Below are positions 33,418 to 43,682 of a stretch of 64,000 nt of DNA, in pieces. The notes under the pieces were generated by a model, which was not told where the DNA came from, ran no database searches, and worked only from the letters and a program-made list of their open reading frames with translations. The stretch comes from an uncultured Spirochaetia bacterium (lineage in GTDB: Bacteria; Oederibacteriota; PGYV01; CAYNMZ01). Each line of letters opens with the position of its first letter. The stretch's first letter is position 1. The stretch is from the NCBI GenBank assembly GCA_964398505.1, contig CAYNMZ010000001.1, positions 394 to 64,393 on the forward strand, read 5' to 3'. Made by a program: the position numbers and the translations under genes.

Positions 33418-33707
33418 AATGCCTCCTTTTTTAATGTGTTCTCCACATTATTTTATATACAATAAAAACAATTGATATATTAATATACATTGCTGCTGCT
33501 GTTCTTGTACTGTTAATAACCTTGATAATACATTTAACCCTTTTTAAATAAAGGGTTACTTATGATACTTAAATGTTAATATAAGCCGGAATCCGCGGTT
33601 CTTGTCAACATTTTAGCCGTCTTTTGCACAATTAAAGCTTAGAAACTGAATGCGCCTTGTTTTTCAACATATTGCGCACATGGTTGCCTACATGTTGCTG
33701 ACAATGC
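33418..33707. promoter_or_regulatory. dnaA-dnaN intergenic region: AT-rich candidate DNA-unwinding element with DnaA-box-like 9-mers (part of a bipartite oriC)
   Basis: Very AT-rich (ttttatatacaataaaaacaattgatatattaatatacat); TTGTCAACA at 33602-33610 and TTTTCAACA at 33661-33669. Confidence 0.4.
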
Positions 33708-35057
33708 CTATTTTTTTACCCTTGCAATGAGCTCATCCACGGTATTTTTGAACTTATCGTCGGATTTTATAAGTTTTTCTATTTTCTCATTGGCGTGCAT
33801 TACCGTGGTGTGGTCCTTGCCGCCAAAATACTGCCCGATCTGCACCAGGGAGTAATCCGTAAGCTGCCTTGTTATGTACATTGCTATCTGGCGCGCGGTA
33901 GCTATGTTCTCCGGGCGCTTTTTTGAGGAGAGGTCCTGTATTTTTATGTTGAAGTAATCAGCCACGATCTGCTGTATCAGGTCTATGCCGATCTTTTTTA
34001 CGGCCTCAAATGACGGGTTCGTGGTCTTGATAGCCTGCTTGGCAAGGTCCAGGGTTATTTCCCCGCTGTTCTGGGCGGCAATGGCCGTCAGGGTAAGCAG
34101 CGTGCTGCTTAAGTACCTGACATTGTTGTCCACATGCTCAGCTATGTAACCTATGACATTTTCGGGAACATGCTTGTTAAGCTCGGCCGCTTTCTGCTTT
34201 AATATCGCGACCCTAGTCTCAAAATTAGGCGGCTGTATGTCAACTATGATACCGGCTGATAGGCGGGATTTTATCCTGTCCTCTATGTTAAGCTCCTGCG
34301 GAGGTGAATCGGACGTGGCCACTATCTGCTTGTTGAGGTTGTAAAGGTCGTTGAAGGTGTGAAAAAACTCCTCCCTGGCCTGAACGCCTTTCTGCAGGTA
34401 CTCAATGTCGTCCACAAGCAGGAGGTCGACGCTCCGGTATTTTTCCTTGAACTCGTCAGTTTTGTTCTCGCGTATTTTCTGGACGAGCTCAAACAGGAAC
34501 TTTTCCGCTGTTGTGATAAGTATCCTGGAAGAAGGAGACCGCTCGTACAGGTAATTCCCTATCGCGTGCAGAAGATGCGTTTTGCCAAGGCCGACGCCCC
34601 CATAAATGAAGAGCGGGTTGTATGTCTGGCCCGGAGCCTCGGCAACAGCCCTGCAGGCAGCGTGCGCGAACCTGTTGGCATCCCCGACAATGAAGTTATC
34701 AAACTTGTACTTTGTATTAAGGTAGGGGATGGACTCGGCTTTGGAGTCAAGCGGCAGCTGTATCTGCTGTTCCTTTATTGTGATTTTCGGGGAGTAATCT
34801 TTTTTGGCCAGTTCCTTCTTAACTTCTATTGAAAGCGTCACGGCAGGGTCCAGGTATTTACGCAGAAAGACAAGAATGTCGTCAGTATACTTGGCTGTGA
34901 TTGTTTTTTTGTGAAGAGGGTCCGGAACTTCAAGAGTGAAGACTTTGTCATTCTCGCTGTAATTGGCTTCTGACTTGTCCAGCCAGAGCTGCAAGTTGTT
35001 GTTTTCAGTCTTTATTTTTTCAAGAATGCTGTTTATCCTGTCGTTTTCAGCTGACAT
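33708..35057 (-). CDS. dnaA: Chromosomal replication initiator DnaA
   Basis: 449 aa; Walker A GGVGLGKTHLL, C-terminal DNA-binding GGKDHTTVMHA; AGGAGGG RBS. Confidence 0.95.
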   Translation of the reverse strand: MSAENDRINSILEKIKTENNNLQLWLDKSEANYSENDKVFTLEVPDPLHKKTITAKYTDDILVFLRKYLDPAVTLSIEVKKELAKKDYSPKITIKEQQIQLPLDSKAESIPYLNTKYKFDNFIVGDANRFAHAACRAVAEAPGQTYNPLFIYGGVGLGKTHLLHAIGNYLYERSPSSRILITTAEKFLFELVQKIRENKTDEFKEKYRSVDLLLVDDIEYLQKGVQAREEFFHTFNDLYNLNKQIVATSDSPPQELNIEDRIKSRLSAGIIVDIQPPNFETRVAILKQKAAELNKHVPENVIGYIAEHVDNNVRYLSSTLLTLTAIAAQNSGEITLDLAKQAIKTTNPSFEAVKKIGIDLIQQIVADYFNIKIQDLSSKKRPENIATARQIAMYITRQLTDYSLVQIGQYFGGKDHTTVMHANEKIEKLIKSDDKFKNTVDELIARVKK

Positions 35058-35400
35058 TTATACTGCCAACCCTCCTGATGATATAAAAACGCAGTTTTAA
35101 GACGTTTTCCACAATACTCACCGATATTTTACACATAAACTATACACAATTAAAAGCCTTATTTAAAAGGCAAAAAAGCAATTTTCAACATATAAATAAC
35201 ATAATTATCAACATGTTAGGCACAATGCTTTAAAAAATCAAAAAAACACATAAATATACTGTGGATATTATATCATAAATACATTTATTTGCAACAGCAA
35301 AAATGGGTAATGGTAATAATGGGTAATGGTGGGTAATGGGGTAATTCTTGGGTAATTCTGGGAATACTGGTTAATTCAGGATTTTTGAACAAATCGTATT
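35058..35400. promoter_or_regulatory. Candidate oriC, dnaA-upstream part: degenerate DnaA boxes plus phased GGTAAT repeats
   Basis: TTTTCCACA 35105-35113, TTTTACACA 35127-35135, TTATCAACA 35205-35213, TGTGGATAT 35260-35268 (reverse orientation); six GGTAAT copies between 35306 and 35356. Confidence 0.5.
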
Positions 35401-35507
35401 GGAAGAACTCGGGGTGATAATGGTAAATTGAAAAACAAATTGATGGCAACGAATATAACAATAAAATACCGCTCGCGATAAGCTCAATGATAATCGCTCG
35501 GGTATAA

Positions 35508-35546
35508 GTTTCCGTAATATCCGATACTACCGGATATTACGGAAAC
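35508..35546. repeat. Perfect 16-bp inverted repeat GTTTCCGTAATATCCG-N7-CGGATATTACGGAAAC
   Basis: Read directly at 35508-35523 and 35531-35546; lies between the OMP-gene terminator and the oriC repeats. Confidence 0.6.
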
Positions 35547-35550
35547 TAAA

Positions 35551-35590
35551 CAAAAAAACCCGGCCGCGAATATGCGGCCGGGTTTTAAAG
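35551..35590 (-). terminator. Rho-independent terminator (bidirectional) after the outer-membrane protein gene
   Basis: CCCGGCCGC-gaatat-GCGGCCGGG stem (35559-35582) with T7 on the minus strand (plus A-run 35552-35558) and TTTT on the plus strand. Confidence 0.7.
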
Positions 35591-35608
35591 CCTTTACTTA
35601 TATCTTGT

Positions 35609-36910
35609 TTATTTCCAGGCGTAGTTGAAGTCAAGCGCGGCAGTCGGCTCAAGTGAACCGTTGAGATATTTCGCTCCTGCTGATGCGCAAACCTTTGATT
35701 CGCCGAGTTCCCACACGATGCCGACAGCGCCGACAACCGGTGAATTGTTCCAAGTGCTGCTGCCCTGTGAAAGGTCTGTCGGGTCAGCTGTGTACGGATC
35801 ATCCTCGGTCAGGTCAAGAGTCTTGTTCGTGTAGTTATTTACAACGATGACTTCCTTGGTTATGCCGACCGTGGCCGAGAGATTGTCATTTGAGATTGTC
35901 CAGATCTTGCCGAGGTCAACAGCGACAGCAAGCGTGAAAGGTATTGCAATTTCCATTTCCGAGCTGCCGTCAGCATTGGTGTATGTCTTTGTATCAGCAA
36001 TCTTGTCTTCTGTCACTGCCTTGTAGGCGCCGTTTGTCTTGATGTTAAGCCCTGAACTTAAGAGCACATTCAGCGTCTTTGAAGCTTCAATTTTCTTGCC
36101 TGCGATTAAGCTGATGTCCATGGAGCTGTCATCGCTTGTGGAAATGACATGTGTTTCAGGGTCATCATCAGCGTCAGTGTTTAACCACGTGATTGACTGG
36201 TACTGAAGCGAAGAAAGAGTCAGGTTTAAAGCAAGCATAAGGCCTGCAAGCTCTGTCTTTGCGTCAAGCGCGAAGTCAAGGCCGTTAAACGTTGTCTTGG
36301 GGTTTGAGCCCAGGTCTTCTGTTGTGCCTACATAGTCTTTGGTTTCGGTGTAATATCCCGGAAGAGCCACTGAAAGGGACGCGTCAAGAGGGATTCCTAC
36401 ATCAAGCGACGCGCCTGCTGCTATCCTAAAAATTGTTCTGTTTGTGCTTGTTTCATCGCCGCCGTCAAGCTCAACTCCGCCCGCGCGCAGGGCCTTTTCT
36501 GTATCGTTGTCAACGCCGTATCCTACTGAAAGGCCGACGCTGATGTTCTTGTCAAGGCCGAGAGCATAGCCCAGGTTGAATGTTGTGGAAGGAACGTTGT
36601 AGCTTGTGCCGACTGAGAGAAAATCAACTGATCCGAAAGCCCTGTTGCCGGCTCCAACGAGCAGTGTTCCGGGCCCTATGTTCGTGATGATCATGCCCGA
36701 CGCGGCGGTTCCGGCAGGTACCGGGATTTCAATTCCGATGACAACCTTGTTCGCGAATCCGCCGAGAAGAGCCGGGTTGATGAGAGCGTTTTCCTCAAGG
36801 TTTGTGAGCTGGACAGGCGTACCGCCGAGCCCAATGAGACCTGCTGGAGACGCAACAACCGCGGATGACAGCATTAATACAACTGCGATTAAAGCTAATG
36901 CCTTTTTCAT
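35609..36910 (-). CDS. Putative outer-membrane beta-barrel / surface protein
   Basis: Signal peptide MKKALALIAVVLMLSSAVVAS; Gly/Ser/Thr/Asp-rich with alternating strands; C-terminal ...FNYAWK. Confidence 0.55.
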   Translation of the reverse strand: MKKALALIAVVLMLSSAVVASPAGLIGLGGTPVQLTNLEENALINPALLGGFANKVVIGIEIPVPAGTAASGMIITNIGPGTLLVGAGNRAFGSVDFLSVGTSYNVPSTTFNLGYALGLDKNISVGLSVGYGVDNDTEKALRAGGVELDGGDETSTNRTIFRIAAGASLDVGIPLDASLSVALPGYYTETKDYVGTTEDLGSNPKTTFNGLDFALDAKTELAGLMLALNLTLSSLQYQSITWLNTDADDDPETHVISTSDDSSMDISLIAGKKIEASKTLNVLLSSGLNIKTNGAYKAVTEDKIADTKTYTNADGSSEMEIAIPFTLAVAVDLGKIWTISNDNLSATVGITKEVIVVNNYTNKTLDLTEDDPYTADPTDLSQGSSTWNNSPVVGAVGIVWELGESKVCASAGAKYLNGSLEPTAALDFNYAWK

Positions 36911-37177
36911 GCGAATTTCCTCCTTAAGATTTTGTGTTTCGGAAATCTTAAAACAGTTTTTTGGCCCTTAATCACCGCCCTTTCTGTTTTTTAGAAAGAA
37001 TTATTCCATATGTTATGTAAATAGCTTCTTTATCTGCAGTTATTTTGTGGAGAACCCTAATAAACCCTTTATATTAATTGGCATATTATAGATTAAATTA
37101 TGGTTAAAAGTCAAGAGAAAAAAGAGAGAAAAAAAAAGAGAGAAAAAAGACAGTATGCAACCAAAATTCCGCGCTTT

Positions 37178-37213
37178 AAAACAGTTAAAACAGTTAAAAC
37201 AGTTAAAACAGTT
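37178..37213 (+). repeat. Tandem repeat (AAAACAGTT)x4 abutting a TTGACT -35-like hexamer, preceded by AG-rich AAGAGAGAAAAAA x3
   Basis: Four exact 9-mers at 37178-37213; TTGACT 37213-37218; purine tract 37113-37152. Confidence 0.6.
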
Positions 37214-37275
37214 TGACTTTTTCTTTGGCATTGTGATACCATAAATTAACTGAAAATTAATTTTAGGGGTGAAAA

Positions 37276-37689
37276 ATGGACAAGACATTAAGGATGCTGA
37301 TGGCGGGAATTGTGGCCGGATTTATTCTTTTCCTTGTTGTAAGCCTTGTTTACCATTATACAGGCTCTATATCAGACCCTTCAATTTCAAAACTTTTCAA
37401 GGAAACAATATCAATGAAATGGTTTTACAAGTTACTTTTGCTTAACATAGGCTCAGGCATTATAATGGCCTTTTTTTACGCAATGATCGCGAACGGCCTG
37501 CCGGGAAGCGGGATTTTCAAGGGCGTTTTTTGGGGGTTCATAGTATGGCTCATAATGGTGCATCAGCCCATGATACTACACATAGTCGCGGGCAAGTTCA
37601 ATACAAACCTTCTTTTGACCTGGGTTCTGCAGGGACTTACAAGCTATGTGGCTGCAGGCGTCAGCATTTCAATAATATACAAGCAGTAG
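37276..37689 (+). CDS. Small integral membrane protein, hypothetical
   Basis: 137 aa with 4 predicted TM helices; GGGG-rich RBS region before ATG. Confidence 0.45.
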   Translation: MDKTLRMLMAGIVAGFILFLVVSLVYHYTGSISDPSISKLFKETISMKWFYKLLLLNIGSGIIMAFFYAMIANGLPGSGIFKGVFWGFIVWLIMVHQPMILHIVAGKFNTNLLLTWVLQGLTSYVAAGVSISIIYKQ

Positions 37690-37690
37690 G

Positions 37691-38977
37691 TTAAAGGTTG
37701 CTTACGGCGTTTTTAAGTTCCCTTATGGCGCAAAGCTCGCCGCACATGGTGCAAACCTCGCTGTCATTGGGCATGCAGCTTTCCCTCATTTTCCTGGCTT
37801 TTTCAGGGTCTATGGCGAGCTTAAGCTGGCTGTCCCAGTCAAGGTTTTTCCTCGCTTTTGCCATCTCATTGTCACGCGCTATGGCGCCCGGATAGCCCTT
37901 GGCAATGTCAGCTGCATGCGCCGCTATCCTGGACACAATGACGCCTTCCCTGACATCATTAACATCAGGCAGTTTCAGGTGTTCAGCGGGAGTGACATAG
38001 CAGAGAAAATCAGCGCCGTGATAGCCGGCAAGCGCGCCGCCTATGGCAGAGGTAATGTGGTCATAGCCGGGAGCGATGTCTGTCACAAGCGGGCCAAGCA
38101 CATAAAAAGGCGCGTTATTGCAGAGTTTCTTCTGGATTTTCATGTTTGTCTCTATTTCGTTCAGGGGCACATGGCCCGGGCCCTCTATCATAACCTGCAC
38201 GTTTTTCTCATAGGCGCGCCTGGCAAGGCTGCCCAAGGTTATCAGCTCCTGTATCTGCGCCCTGTCTGTCGCGTCAGCAAGACAGCCGGGCCTCATGCCG
38301 TCGCCGAGGGACAGGGTCAGGTCGTATTTGTAAGCTATGTCAAGCAGCCTGTCGTAGTCCGAAAAAAGCGGGTTTTCCTTGTTGTTTTTTATTATCCATA
38401 CAGCCAGCATGGAGCCGCCGCGGCTCACTATGTCAAGCAGCCTGCCCTGAGAACGGAGCGCGTCTACAGAATGCCTTGTTATTCCGCAATGCACTGTCAC
38501 AAAATCCACGCCTTCCATTGCCTGCTGCTCAATGGCTGAAAAAAGGTCGTCAGCGGTCATTTTATGCATCATTTTCCTGTCCTTTATTACCTCAACCATT
38601 ACCTGGTAAATCGGGACAGTGCCTATGGGCACAGGGGAATTTTTTATTATCTCGCGGCGTATCGAGCTTATGTCTCCTCCTGTGGAAAGGTCCATGACCG
38701 CGTCAGCGCCGGCTTCCACGGCGGTCTTTAACTTCAACAGTTCGGTGTTTAGGTCGCACACGTCAGCAGAGCTTCCTATGTTCGCGTTGACCTTTACGCG
38801 CATTTTTCTTCCTATCGCAACGCTTCTGGTGTTTTTATGGTTTTTGTTGAAAGGTAAGACTACTTCACCGGAGGCAATAAGCGACAAGAGCTCCTTTTCA
38901 GGAATGTTTTCCGCTGCCGCCGCTTCCTTCATCTCGTCCGTTATTACGCCTTTTTTGGCTGCTTCAAGCTGGGTCAT
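37691..38977 (-). CDS. thiC: Phosphomethylpyrimidine synthase ThiC
   Basis: 428 aa; strong ThiC similarity including C-terminal CX2CX4C (CTMCGELC). Confidence 0.95.
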   Translation of the reverse strand: MTQLEAAKKGVITDEMKEAAAAENIPEKELLSLIASGEVVLPFNKNHKNTRSVAIGRKMRVKVNANIGSSADVCDLNTELLKLKTAVEAGADAVMDLSTGGDISSIRREIIKNSPVPIGTVPIYQVMVEVIKDRKMMHKMTADDLFSAIEQQAMEGVDFVTVHCGITRHSVDALRSQGRLLDIVSRGGSMLAVWIIKNNKENPLFSDYDRLLDIAYKYDLTLSLGDGMRPGCLADATDRAQIQELITLGSLARRAYEKNVQVMIEGPGHVPLNEIETNMKIQKKLCNNAPFYVLGPLVTDIAPGYDHITSAIGGALAGYHGADFLCYVTPAEHLKLPDVNDVREGVIVSRIAAHAADIAKGYPGAIARDNEMAKARKNLDWDSQLKLAIDPEKARKMRESCMPNDSEVCTMCGELCAIRELKNAVSNL

Positions 38978-39599
38978 TTATGAGCTCCTTGAGTTTTTTT
39001 ACCTTTGTGAAAACATCGCGGCTGCCGCATATTTCTGAAATGAAACAGAAATTTTTAACGCCGCATTTTTTTAATTTTAAAATATTATACTCCTTTATAC
39101 CGCCTATTGCAACCACGGGGGTTTTCAGTTTTTTTAGGAGCCTGCGCAGCGCCGCCAATGACAGGGGTTTTTTATCCTTGTTTTCGGTCTTAAAGACAGG
39201 GCCGAGCCCTATATAGTCTGCCTTAAGGCTGTCAGCTGACATGGCTTCTGCATATGTTGAGGCGGAAACCCCGAGCAAGCGATTTTTTCCGATTATTTTC
39301 CTTGCTTCGTGGACAGGCGTGTCATCAAGCCCCACGTGAGCGCCGTCAGCACGGCATTTTGCCGCTATGTCGGGCCTGTCATTTATGATAAGAGGGACGC
39401 CCGCGCGCCTGGTAAACTTTAAAGTTTTTCCTGCCAGTTTTAAAAATTGCGCTGTATCAAGGTTCTTGCAGCGTAACTGGACGGCTGTTACTCCAGCTTT
39501 TAAGGCAGGCAGCAGCACTGATAAAATACTTCTTTTTGTCAGGCGCAGGTAATCATAGTCCAGTATGAGATAAAGAGAAAGGTCAATTTTTTTTGTCAT
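38964..39599 (-). CDS. thiE: Thiamine-phosphate synthase ThiE
   Basis: 211 aa; TIM-barrel ThiE motifs (YLILD..., [15 protein letters not shown]). Confidence 0.9.
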   Translation of the reverse strand: MTKKIDLSLYLILDYDYLRLTKRSILSVLLPALKAGVTAVQLRCKNLDTAQFLKLAGKTLKFTRRAGVPLIINDRPDIAAKCRADGAHVGLDDTPVHEARKIIGKNRLLGVSASTYAEAMSADSLKADYIGLGPVFKTENKDKKPLSLAALRRLLKKLKTPVVAIGGIKEYNILKLKKCGVKNFCFISEICGSRDVFTKVKKLKELINDPA

Positions 39600-40014
39600 A
39601 AAAGGACATTACGGTTTTTTCGGCGGTATATGACTTATAGCGCAGTTCCTTGAAGAGGCCGGCGCTTTTTGGGGAATACAGTTTTATTATTTCCTCAAGC
39701 ACCCGGAGGGATTCCTGGCTGCGCTTGAAATTAGAGGCGAGCACTTCACGCAGGGAATGTCTTTTAAATTCAGCCGCGCATTTTATCCTCCGGCCTGCGT
39801 CCTTTTCACTGTCCCTTCCGTCAAGGAGCTTGGCGTAGCTTAAGGGAAGCGAGGCGTCAATGCCGTGGCGCAGGTTTTTCAGGACAGATGAAAGTCTTTT
39901 GTTTTTAAGAATAAAACGGGCTATGTCCTCGCAGACGCGCAGGCCTTCCTTTGCACGGTTTGTGTTCGCGTCAATTAACGCGGACAATTCCCTACTGGCG
40001 CCATTTGTTTTCAC
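39583..40014 (-). CDS. Hypothetical protein translationally coupled to thiE (possibly a ThiD2-like/ThiE-associated domain protein)
   Basis: 143 aa basic protein overlapping the thiE start by 17 nt; no recognisable motif; the family assignment is a guess from context only. Confidence 0.35.
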   Translation of the reverse strand: MKTNGASRELSALIDANTNRAKEGLRVCEDIARFILKNKRLSSVLKNLRHGIDASLPLSYAKLLDGRDSEKDAGRRIKCAAEFKRHSLREVLASNFKRSQESLRVLEEIIKLYSPKSAGLFKELRYKSYTAEKTVMSFYDKKN

Positions 40015-40228
40015 TTATTGAGTCCAGCAGGTTTTTAAGGAATTTTTTTATAGAGACTCCCTCGTCAATCCACTTGCCAACTATGAACCCGAGGACGACA
40101 AGACATATGATAAGGAGGGTGTTTAAGGGCTTTAAAAATATCAGGGATATGGCCAGCAAAAAGCCGAGTATGACACCGGCTGTCTTGCCAAAATGCATGA
40201 ACAGCAGTTTCAGGAAATCATTACCCAT
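39992..40228 (-). CDS. DUF2273-like small membrane protein (Asp23 operon partner)
   Basis: 78 aa, two TM helices; sits with AmaP-like and Asp23 genes as in Firmicutes. Confidence 0.5.
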   Translation of the reverse strand: MGNDFLKLLFMHFGKTAGVILGFLLAISLIFLKPLNTLLIICLVVLGFIVGKWIDEGVSIKKFLKNLLDSISENKWRQ

Positions 40229-40790
40229 TTTTTGCCTCTTCCCCGGACGACCTGTACGCTATCTTGCTTACTATTACGGTTGGCTTAACAGGCGCCTCAA
40301 TTCCGAGAGTATATTGTATGTAACGGATTATGGATTCCTGTATGGCCTGCGTGGTTTCGGCCACTGCCTTATCGGAATACAGCGTCACCTTGGCTATGAC
40401 AGTCAGGCCCTTCCTCTTGGAAAGGACCCTTCCCTTAATTTCTTTTACTGCATCTATTTCATTTTTTACCACCTTTGAAAAATCTTCTATTGCTGAAAGG
40501 GACACAAGGATTTCACCGTGGGGAGACTGCAGGACCACGGTCCTTTCGCTGCGCTTGCTTTCTATATTGGCTATAACGGTCAAAATTGCGATAGCCAGAA
40601 GAAATATGCCGAAGGAAAGAAGCGAAATCCTGGCAGGCATGGACTGGTTCAGGTAATTAGCAAGTGTCTGCACCCACTGCAGCCAAAGCTTGTTGGCTGT
40701 GCTACTTATTGATATGGAGGCAGTAAATATGCCGAAAAAGGCGAAAAGGAAAACCGTGATGCCCAGAAGTATGCGGTTGAATATTTTCAT
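40221..40790 (-). CDS. Alkaline-shock-response membrane anchor protein AmaP-like
   Basis: 189 aa; N-terminal TM pair, soluble C-terminus; directly downstream of the Asp23 gene. Confidence 0.5.
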   Translation of the reverse strand: MKIFNRILLGITVFLFAFFGIFTASISISSTANKLWLQWVQTLANYLNQSMPARISLLSFGIFLLAIAILTVIANIESKRSERTVVLQSPHGEILVSLSAIEDFSKVVKNEIDAVKEIKGRVLSKRKGLTVIAKVTLYSDKAVAETTQAIQESIIRYIQYTLGIEAPVKPTVIVSKIAYRSSGEEAKNG

Positions 40791-40818
40791 TAAAAAAATC
40801 CTCCTTGGTTTTGCGGGG

Positions 40819-41184
40819 TTATTCCCCTGCCATAACGTTATTTATGCTGACACTGTTTATATTTACATTGACCTGTTCAACGTTAAGCCCTGTCATTTTT
40901 TCTATGTTTTCTTTTATAGCATCCTGGACATTGGCAGCTACATCCGCAATTTCCGCCCCGAATTTAACTATAATATTTATCTCTATTGAAACAGACTCGG
41001 GACCCATCTCGGCTTTTACTCCCTTTCCTGCTTTTTTTACGCCTATCATTTCAGATATGTTGGCCATAGTTCCGCCGTCAAGGCCGGCTACTCCGTCAAC
41101 CGACTTGGCGGCTATGGCCGCTATCGTGCATATGGCCTCGTCAGATATTTTAATGTTGCCTGTCTCGTTTTTATCAACGGGCAT
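40819..41184 (-). CDS. Asp23/Gls24 family envelope stress protein
   Basis: 121 aa; ISDEAICTIAAIAAKSVDGVAGL... typical Asp23 N-terminus. Confidence 0.75.
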   Translation of the reverse strand: MPVDKNETGNIKISDEAICTIAAIAAKSVDGVAGLDGGTMANISEMIGVKKAGKGVKAEMGPESVSIEINIIVKFGAEIADVAANVQDAIKENIEKMTGLNVEQVNVNINSVSINNVMAGE

Positions 41185-41199
41185 TTTCCACCTCTGGCA

Positions 41200-42552
41200 C
41201 TATTGTTTTTCCTTTTCCATTTTTTCAATAAATGCTGTTGAATAATTATTGGATATGAAGTTTTCGTTTTCCAGTATTTTCCTGTGAAGAGGTATTGTGG
41301 TCTTTATCCCTTCTATCACAAATTCGTCAAGCGCCCTTTTCATCCTTGAGATGGCCTCTGCCCTGTCCTTGCCGCGCGCAAGTATTTTTGCCACCATTGA
41401 GTCATAGTAAGGAGGAATCCTGTAACCTTTATAAACGTGCGTGTCCACCCTGATACCGGGTCCGCCGGGAACATTGTACTCGGTAATTGTGCCTGGCGAC
41501 GGGCAGAAATTATTGTCAGGATCCTCAGCGTTTATTCTGCACTCTATGCAATGGCCTCGAAGCTTTATGTCCTTGTGTCCGGGGATAGTCATCCTCTGTC
41601 CGGCCGCGACTTTTATTTGCTCTTTAATAAGATCAAAGCCCGTGACTTCCTCGGTGACAGTATGCTCAACCTGTATCCTTGTGTTCATTTCCATGAAATA
41701 ATAATGGCCGTACTTGTCCATTATGAACTCTATTGTGCCTGCGCCCTCGTATTTTACGGCTTTGGCCAGTCTTATTGCCATGGCGCACATTTCATGCCTG
41801 GTTTTTTCGTTTATCATAGGCGAGGGAGATTCTTCCACAAGTTTCTGATGTCTTCTCTGCACGGAACAATCCCTCTCCCCAAGGGCTACGCAGTTGCCGT
41901 GAACATCGGCCATTATCTGTACTTCTATGTGCCGAGGTTCCTCTATATATTTTTCAAGGTATATTGCGGGGTTTCCGAAGGCTGTCTGAGCCTCCTGGCT
42001 CGCTGTCTTGAAAGCTGTCCTTAATGAAAGTTCGGTATGCGCAATCCTCATACCGCGTCCGCCGCCGCCGGCAGTTGCTTTCAGCATTACAGGAAGGCCT
42101 ATTTTTTTTGAAATTTCAACGGCATCGTTTTCATCGCGCAGTATCCTACCTGAGCCGGGAACCGTTGAGACTTTGTGTGCGACAGCGGTTGCTATGGCTT
42201 GGGCTTTGTCTCCCATGGCCCGTATGGCTTCAGGCGAAGGCCCGATGAATTTAATATTGCATTGCCCGCAGAGCTCGGCGAAATGAGCGTTTTCCGCCAA
42301 AAATCCGTATCCCGGATGTATGGCTTCTGAATCGGTTATTTCTGCCGCTGAAATTATGGACGGTATGTTAAGGTAGCTTTCTTTTGAAGGGGCGGGGCCT
42401 ATGCATACTGCATGGTCAGCGTACCTTACGTGCAGTGAATGCTCATCAGCCTCGGAGAAAACAGCCACAGTCTCAATGCCAAGCTCTTTGCAGGCCCGTA
42501 TTACCCTTAACGCTATTTCTCCTCTGTTTGCTATAAGTATGCGTTTGAACAA
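41200..42552 (-). CDS. accC: Acetyl-CoA carboxylase biotin carboxylase subunit
   Basis: 450 aa; [22 protein letters not shown]..., ATP-grasp. Confidence 0.95.
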   Translation of the reverse strand: MFKRILIANRGEIALRVIRACKELGIETVAVFSEADEHSLHVRYADHAVCIGPAPSKESYLNIPSIISAAEITDSEAIHPGYGFLAENAHFAELCGQCNIKFIGPSPEAIRAMGDKAQAIATAVAHKVSTVPGSGRILRDENDAVEISKKIGLPVMLKATAGGGGRGMRIAHTELSLRTAFKTASQEAQTAFGNPAIYLEKYIEEPRHIEVQIMADVHGNCVALGERDCSVQRRHQKLVEESPSPMINEKTRHEMCAMAIRLAKAVKYEGAGTIEFIMDKYGHYYFMEMNTRIQVEHTVTEEVTGFDLIKEQIKVAAGQRMTIPGHKDIKLRGHCIECRINAEDPDNNFCPSPGTITEYNVPGGPGIRVDTHVYKGYRIPPYYDSMVAKILARGKDRAEAISRMKRALDEFVIEGIKTTIPLHRKILENENFISNNYSTAFIEKMEKEKQ

Positions 42553-42565
42553 ATTTGCACCGGTT

Positions 42566-43078
42566 TTATATTTTTTCGATAATGATTATCGGCTGATTAA
42601 ACTCAACTGCTTGAGCGTTTTCCACAAGGATCTCTTTTACCTTACCTTTTACCTCGCACTTTATTTCATTCATTATTTTCATTGCTTCTATAATGCACAG
42701 GGTTTTGCCAGGTTCCACATTGTCTCCTATGTTTATAAAAGGCGGAGCTTCAGGCGAAGGAGCCCTGTAAAAAGTGCCGACCATGGGGGATTTAACAGAT
42801 ACTTCGTTCGGATTTTCCTGGGGTTTTGCTGCAGCTGCGGGAGCTGCTGATTGCGGCAAAGCCGCCGGAGCCGCAACAGCAGGCATCTGCGCCTGATATA
42901 AAGGTTGAACCGGATTTTGAGTAAATGATACTGAGCCGGCTTTTTTAAGCTGGATTTTTATTGAGCCGTCCTCATACAGGAGCTCGCAAAGGTCGCCTTT
43001 TTCCATTATCTTAACAGCCTGGTTCAAAGCCTCGGAATCTATCTTTGATTTTACAGGTTTTGACTCTTTTTTGGGCAT
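42566..43078 (-). CDS. accB: Acetyl-CoA carboxylase biotin carboxyl carrier protein
   Basis: 170 aa; Ala/Pro-rich linker, biotinyl-Lys motif EAMKIMNEI. Confidence 0.9.
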   Translation of the reverse strand: MPKKESKPVKSKIDSEALNQAVKIMEKGDLCELLYEDGSIKIQLKKAGSVSFTQNPVQPLYQAQMPAVAAPAALPQSAAPAAAAKPQENPNEVSVKSPMVGTFYRAPSPEAPPFINIGDNVEPGKTLCIIEAMKIMNEIKCEVKGKVKEILVENAQAVEFNQPIIIIEKI

Positions 43079-43092
43079 TTTACCCTCCTTGA

Positions 43093-43659
43093 TTATGCGG
43101 TTTTAACCCGTTCGACATATTCTCCTGTTCTTGTATCAATCCTAATAATGTCCCCTTCTTTTATAAACATCGGGACTGAGACTTCGGCCCCTGTTTCCAC
43201 CACAGCAATTTTGTTCGCGTTTGATACGGTGTCGCCCTTGACAGCCGGGGGCGAGGAAGTGACTTTAAGATCCACTTTTGTGGGAAGGCTTATTCCGAGC
43301 ACTTCACCTTCTGCTATGAGCATAGAAATCATCATTTCTTCCTTGAGAAATTTCTTCTGTTCACCAACCTGTTTTTCGTTGAACTCATACTGGTCATAGG
43401 TTGTGGTGTCCATGAAATGATAGGTGTCTCCCTGCGAATACTGGAATTGCAGTTTTTTCTCCTCCACCGGCGCTTCCTCAAACCTGTCGTCCGGGGAAAA
43501 GGTCTTTTCCACGTTTGTGCCAAGCTTGAAATTCTTCATCTTGATGCGCACAAGCGGCGCGAGCCTGGGCCTTTGTACGTGGTGGAAATGAACGCATTCG
43601 TAAATGATGCCCTCGTGCTTGAAAAGCGACCCGGGCCTTAATTCCATTGCTGACGGCAT
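43093..43659 (-). CDS. efp: Elongation factor P
   Basis: Start set at ATG 43659 ([10 protein letters not shown]...), 6 nt after AAGGAGG; the track's 237-aa ORF adds 49 unsupported residues. Confidence 0.9.
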   Translation of the reverse strand: MPSAMELRPGSLFKHEGIIYECVHFHHVQRPRLAPLVRIKMKNFKLGTNVEKTFSPDDRFEEAPVEEKKLQFQYSQGDTYHFMDTTTYDQYEFNEKQVGEQKKFLKEEMMISMLIAEGEVLGISLPTKVDLKVTSSPPAVKGDTVSNANKIAVVETGAEVSVPMFIKEGDIIRIDTRTGEYVERVKTA

Positions 43660-43682
43660 GCCAAAATCCTCCTTGAAAATTT

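Noticed and set aside
35304-35380. GGTAAT repeat array as a possible CRISPR or minisatellite
   Set aside because: The units are 6 nt with irregular 6-11-bp spacing and no spacer/repeat structure. The location next to dnaA fits origin-associated repeats instead.
37040-37288. 82-aa minus-strand ORF spanning the AAAACAGTT and AG-rich repeats
   Set aside because: The translation is low-complexity (CFNCFNCFNCF…, SLFFSLFF) and generated by the tandem repeats themselves. It is interpreted as non-coding repeat DNA.
39600-40230. Expected TPP riboswitch upstream of the thiamine operon
   Set aside because: The conserved THI-box elements (CUGAGA, which would read TCTCAG on the plus strand here) were not found. 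The region is coding (143-aa ORF and DUF2273 gene). Reported only as an absence.
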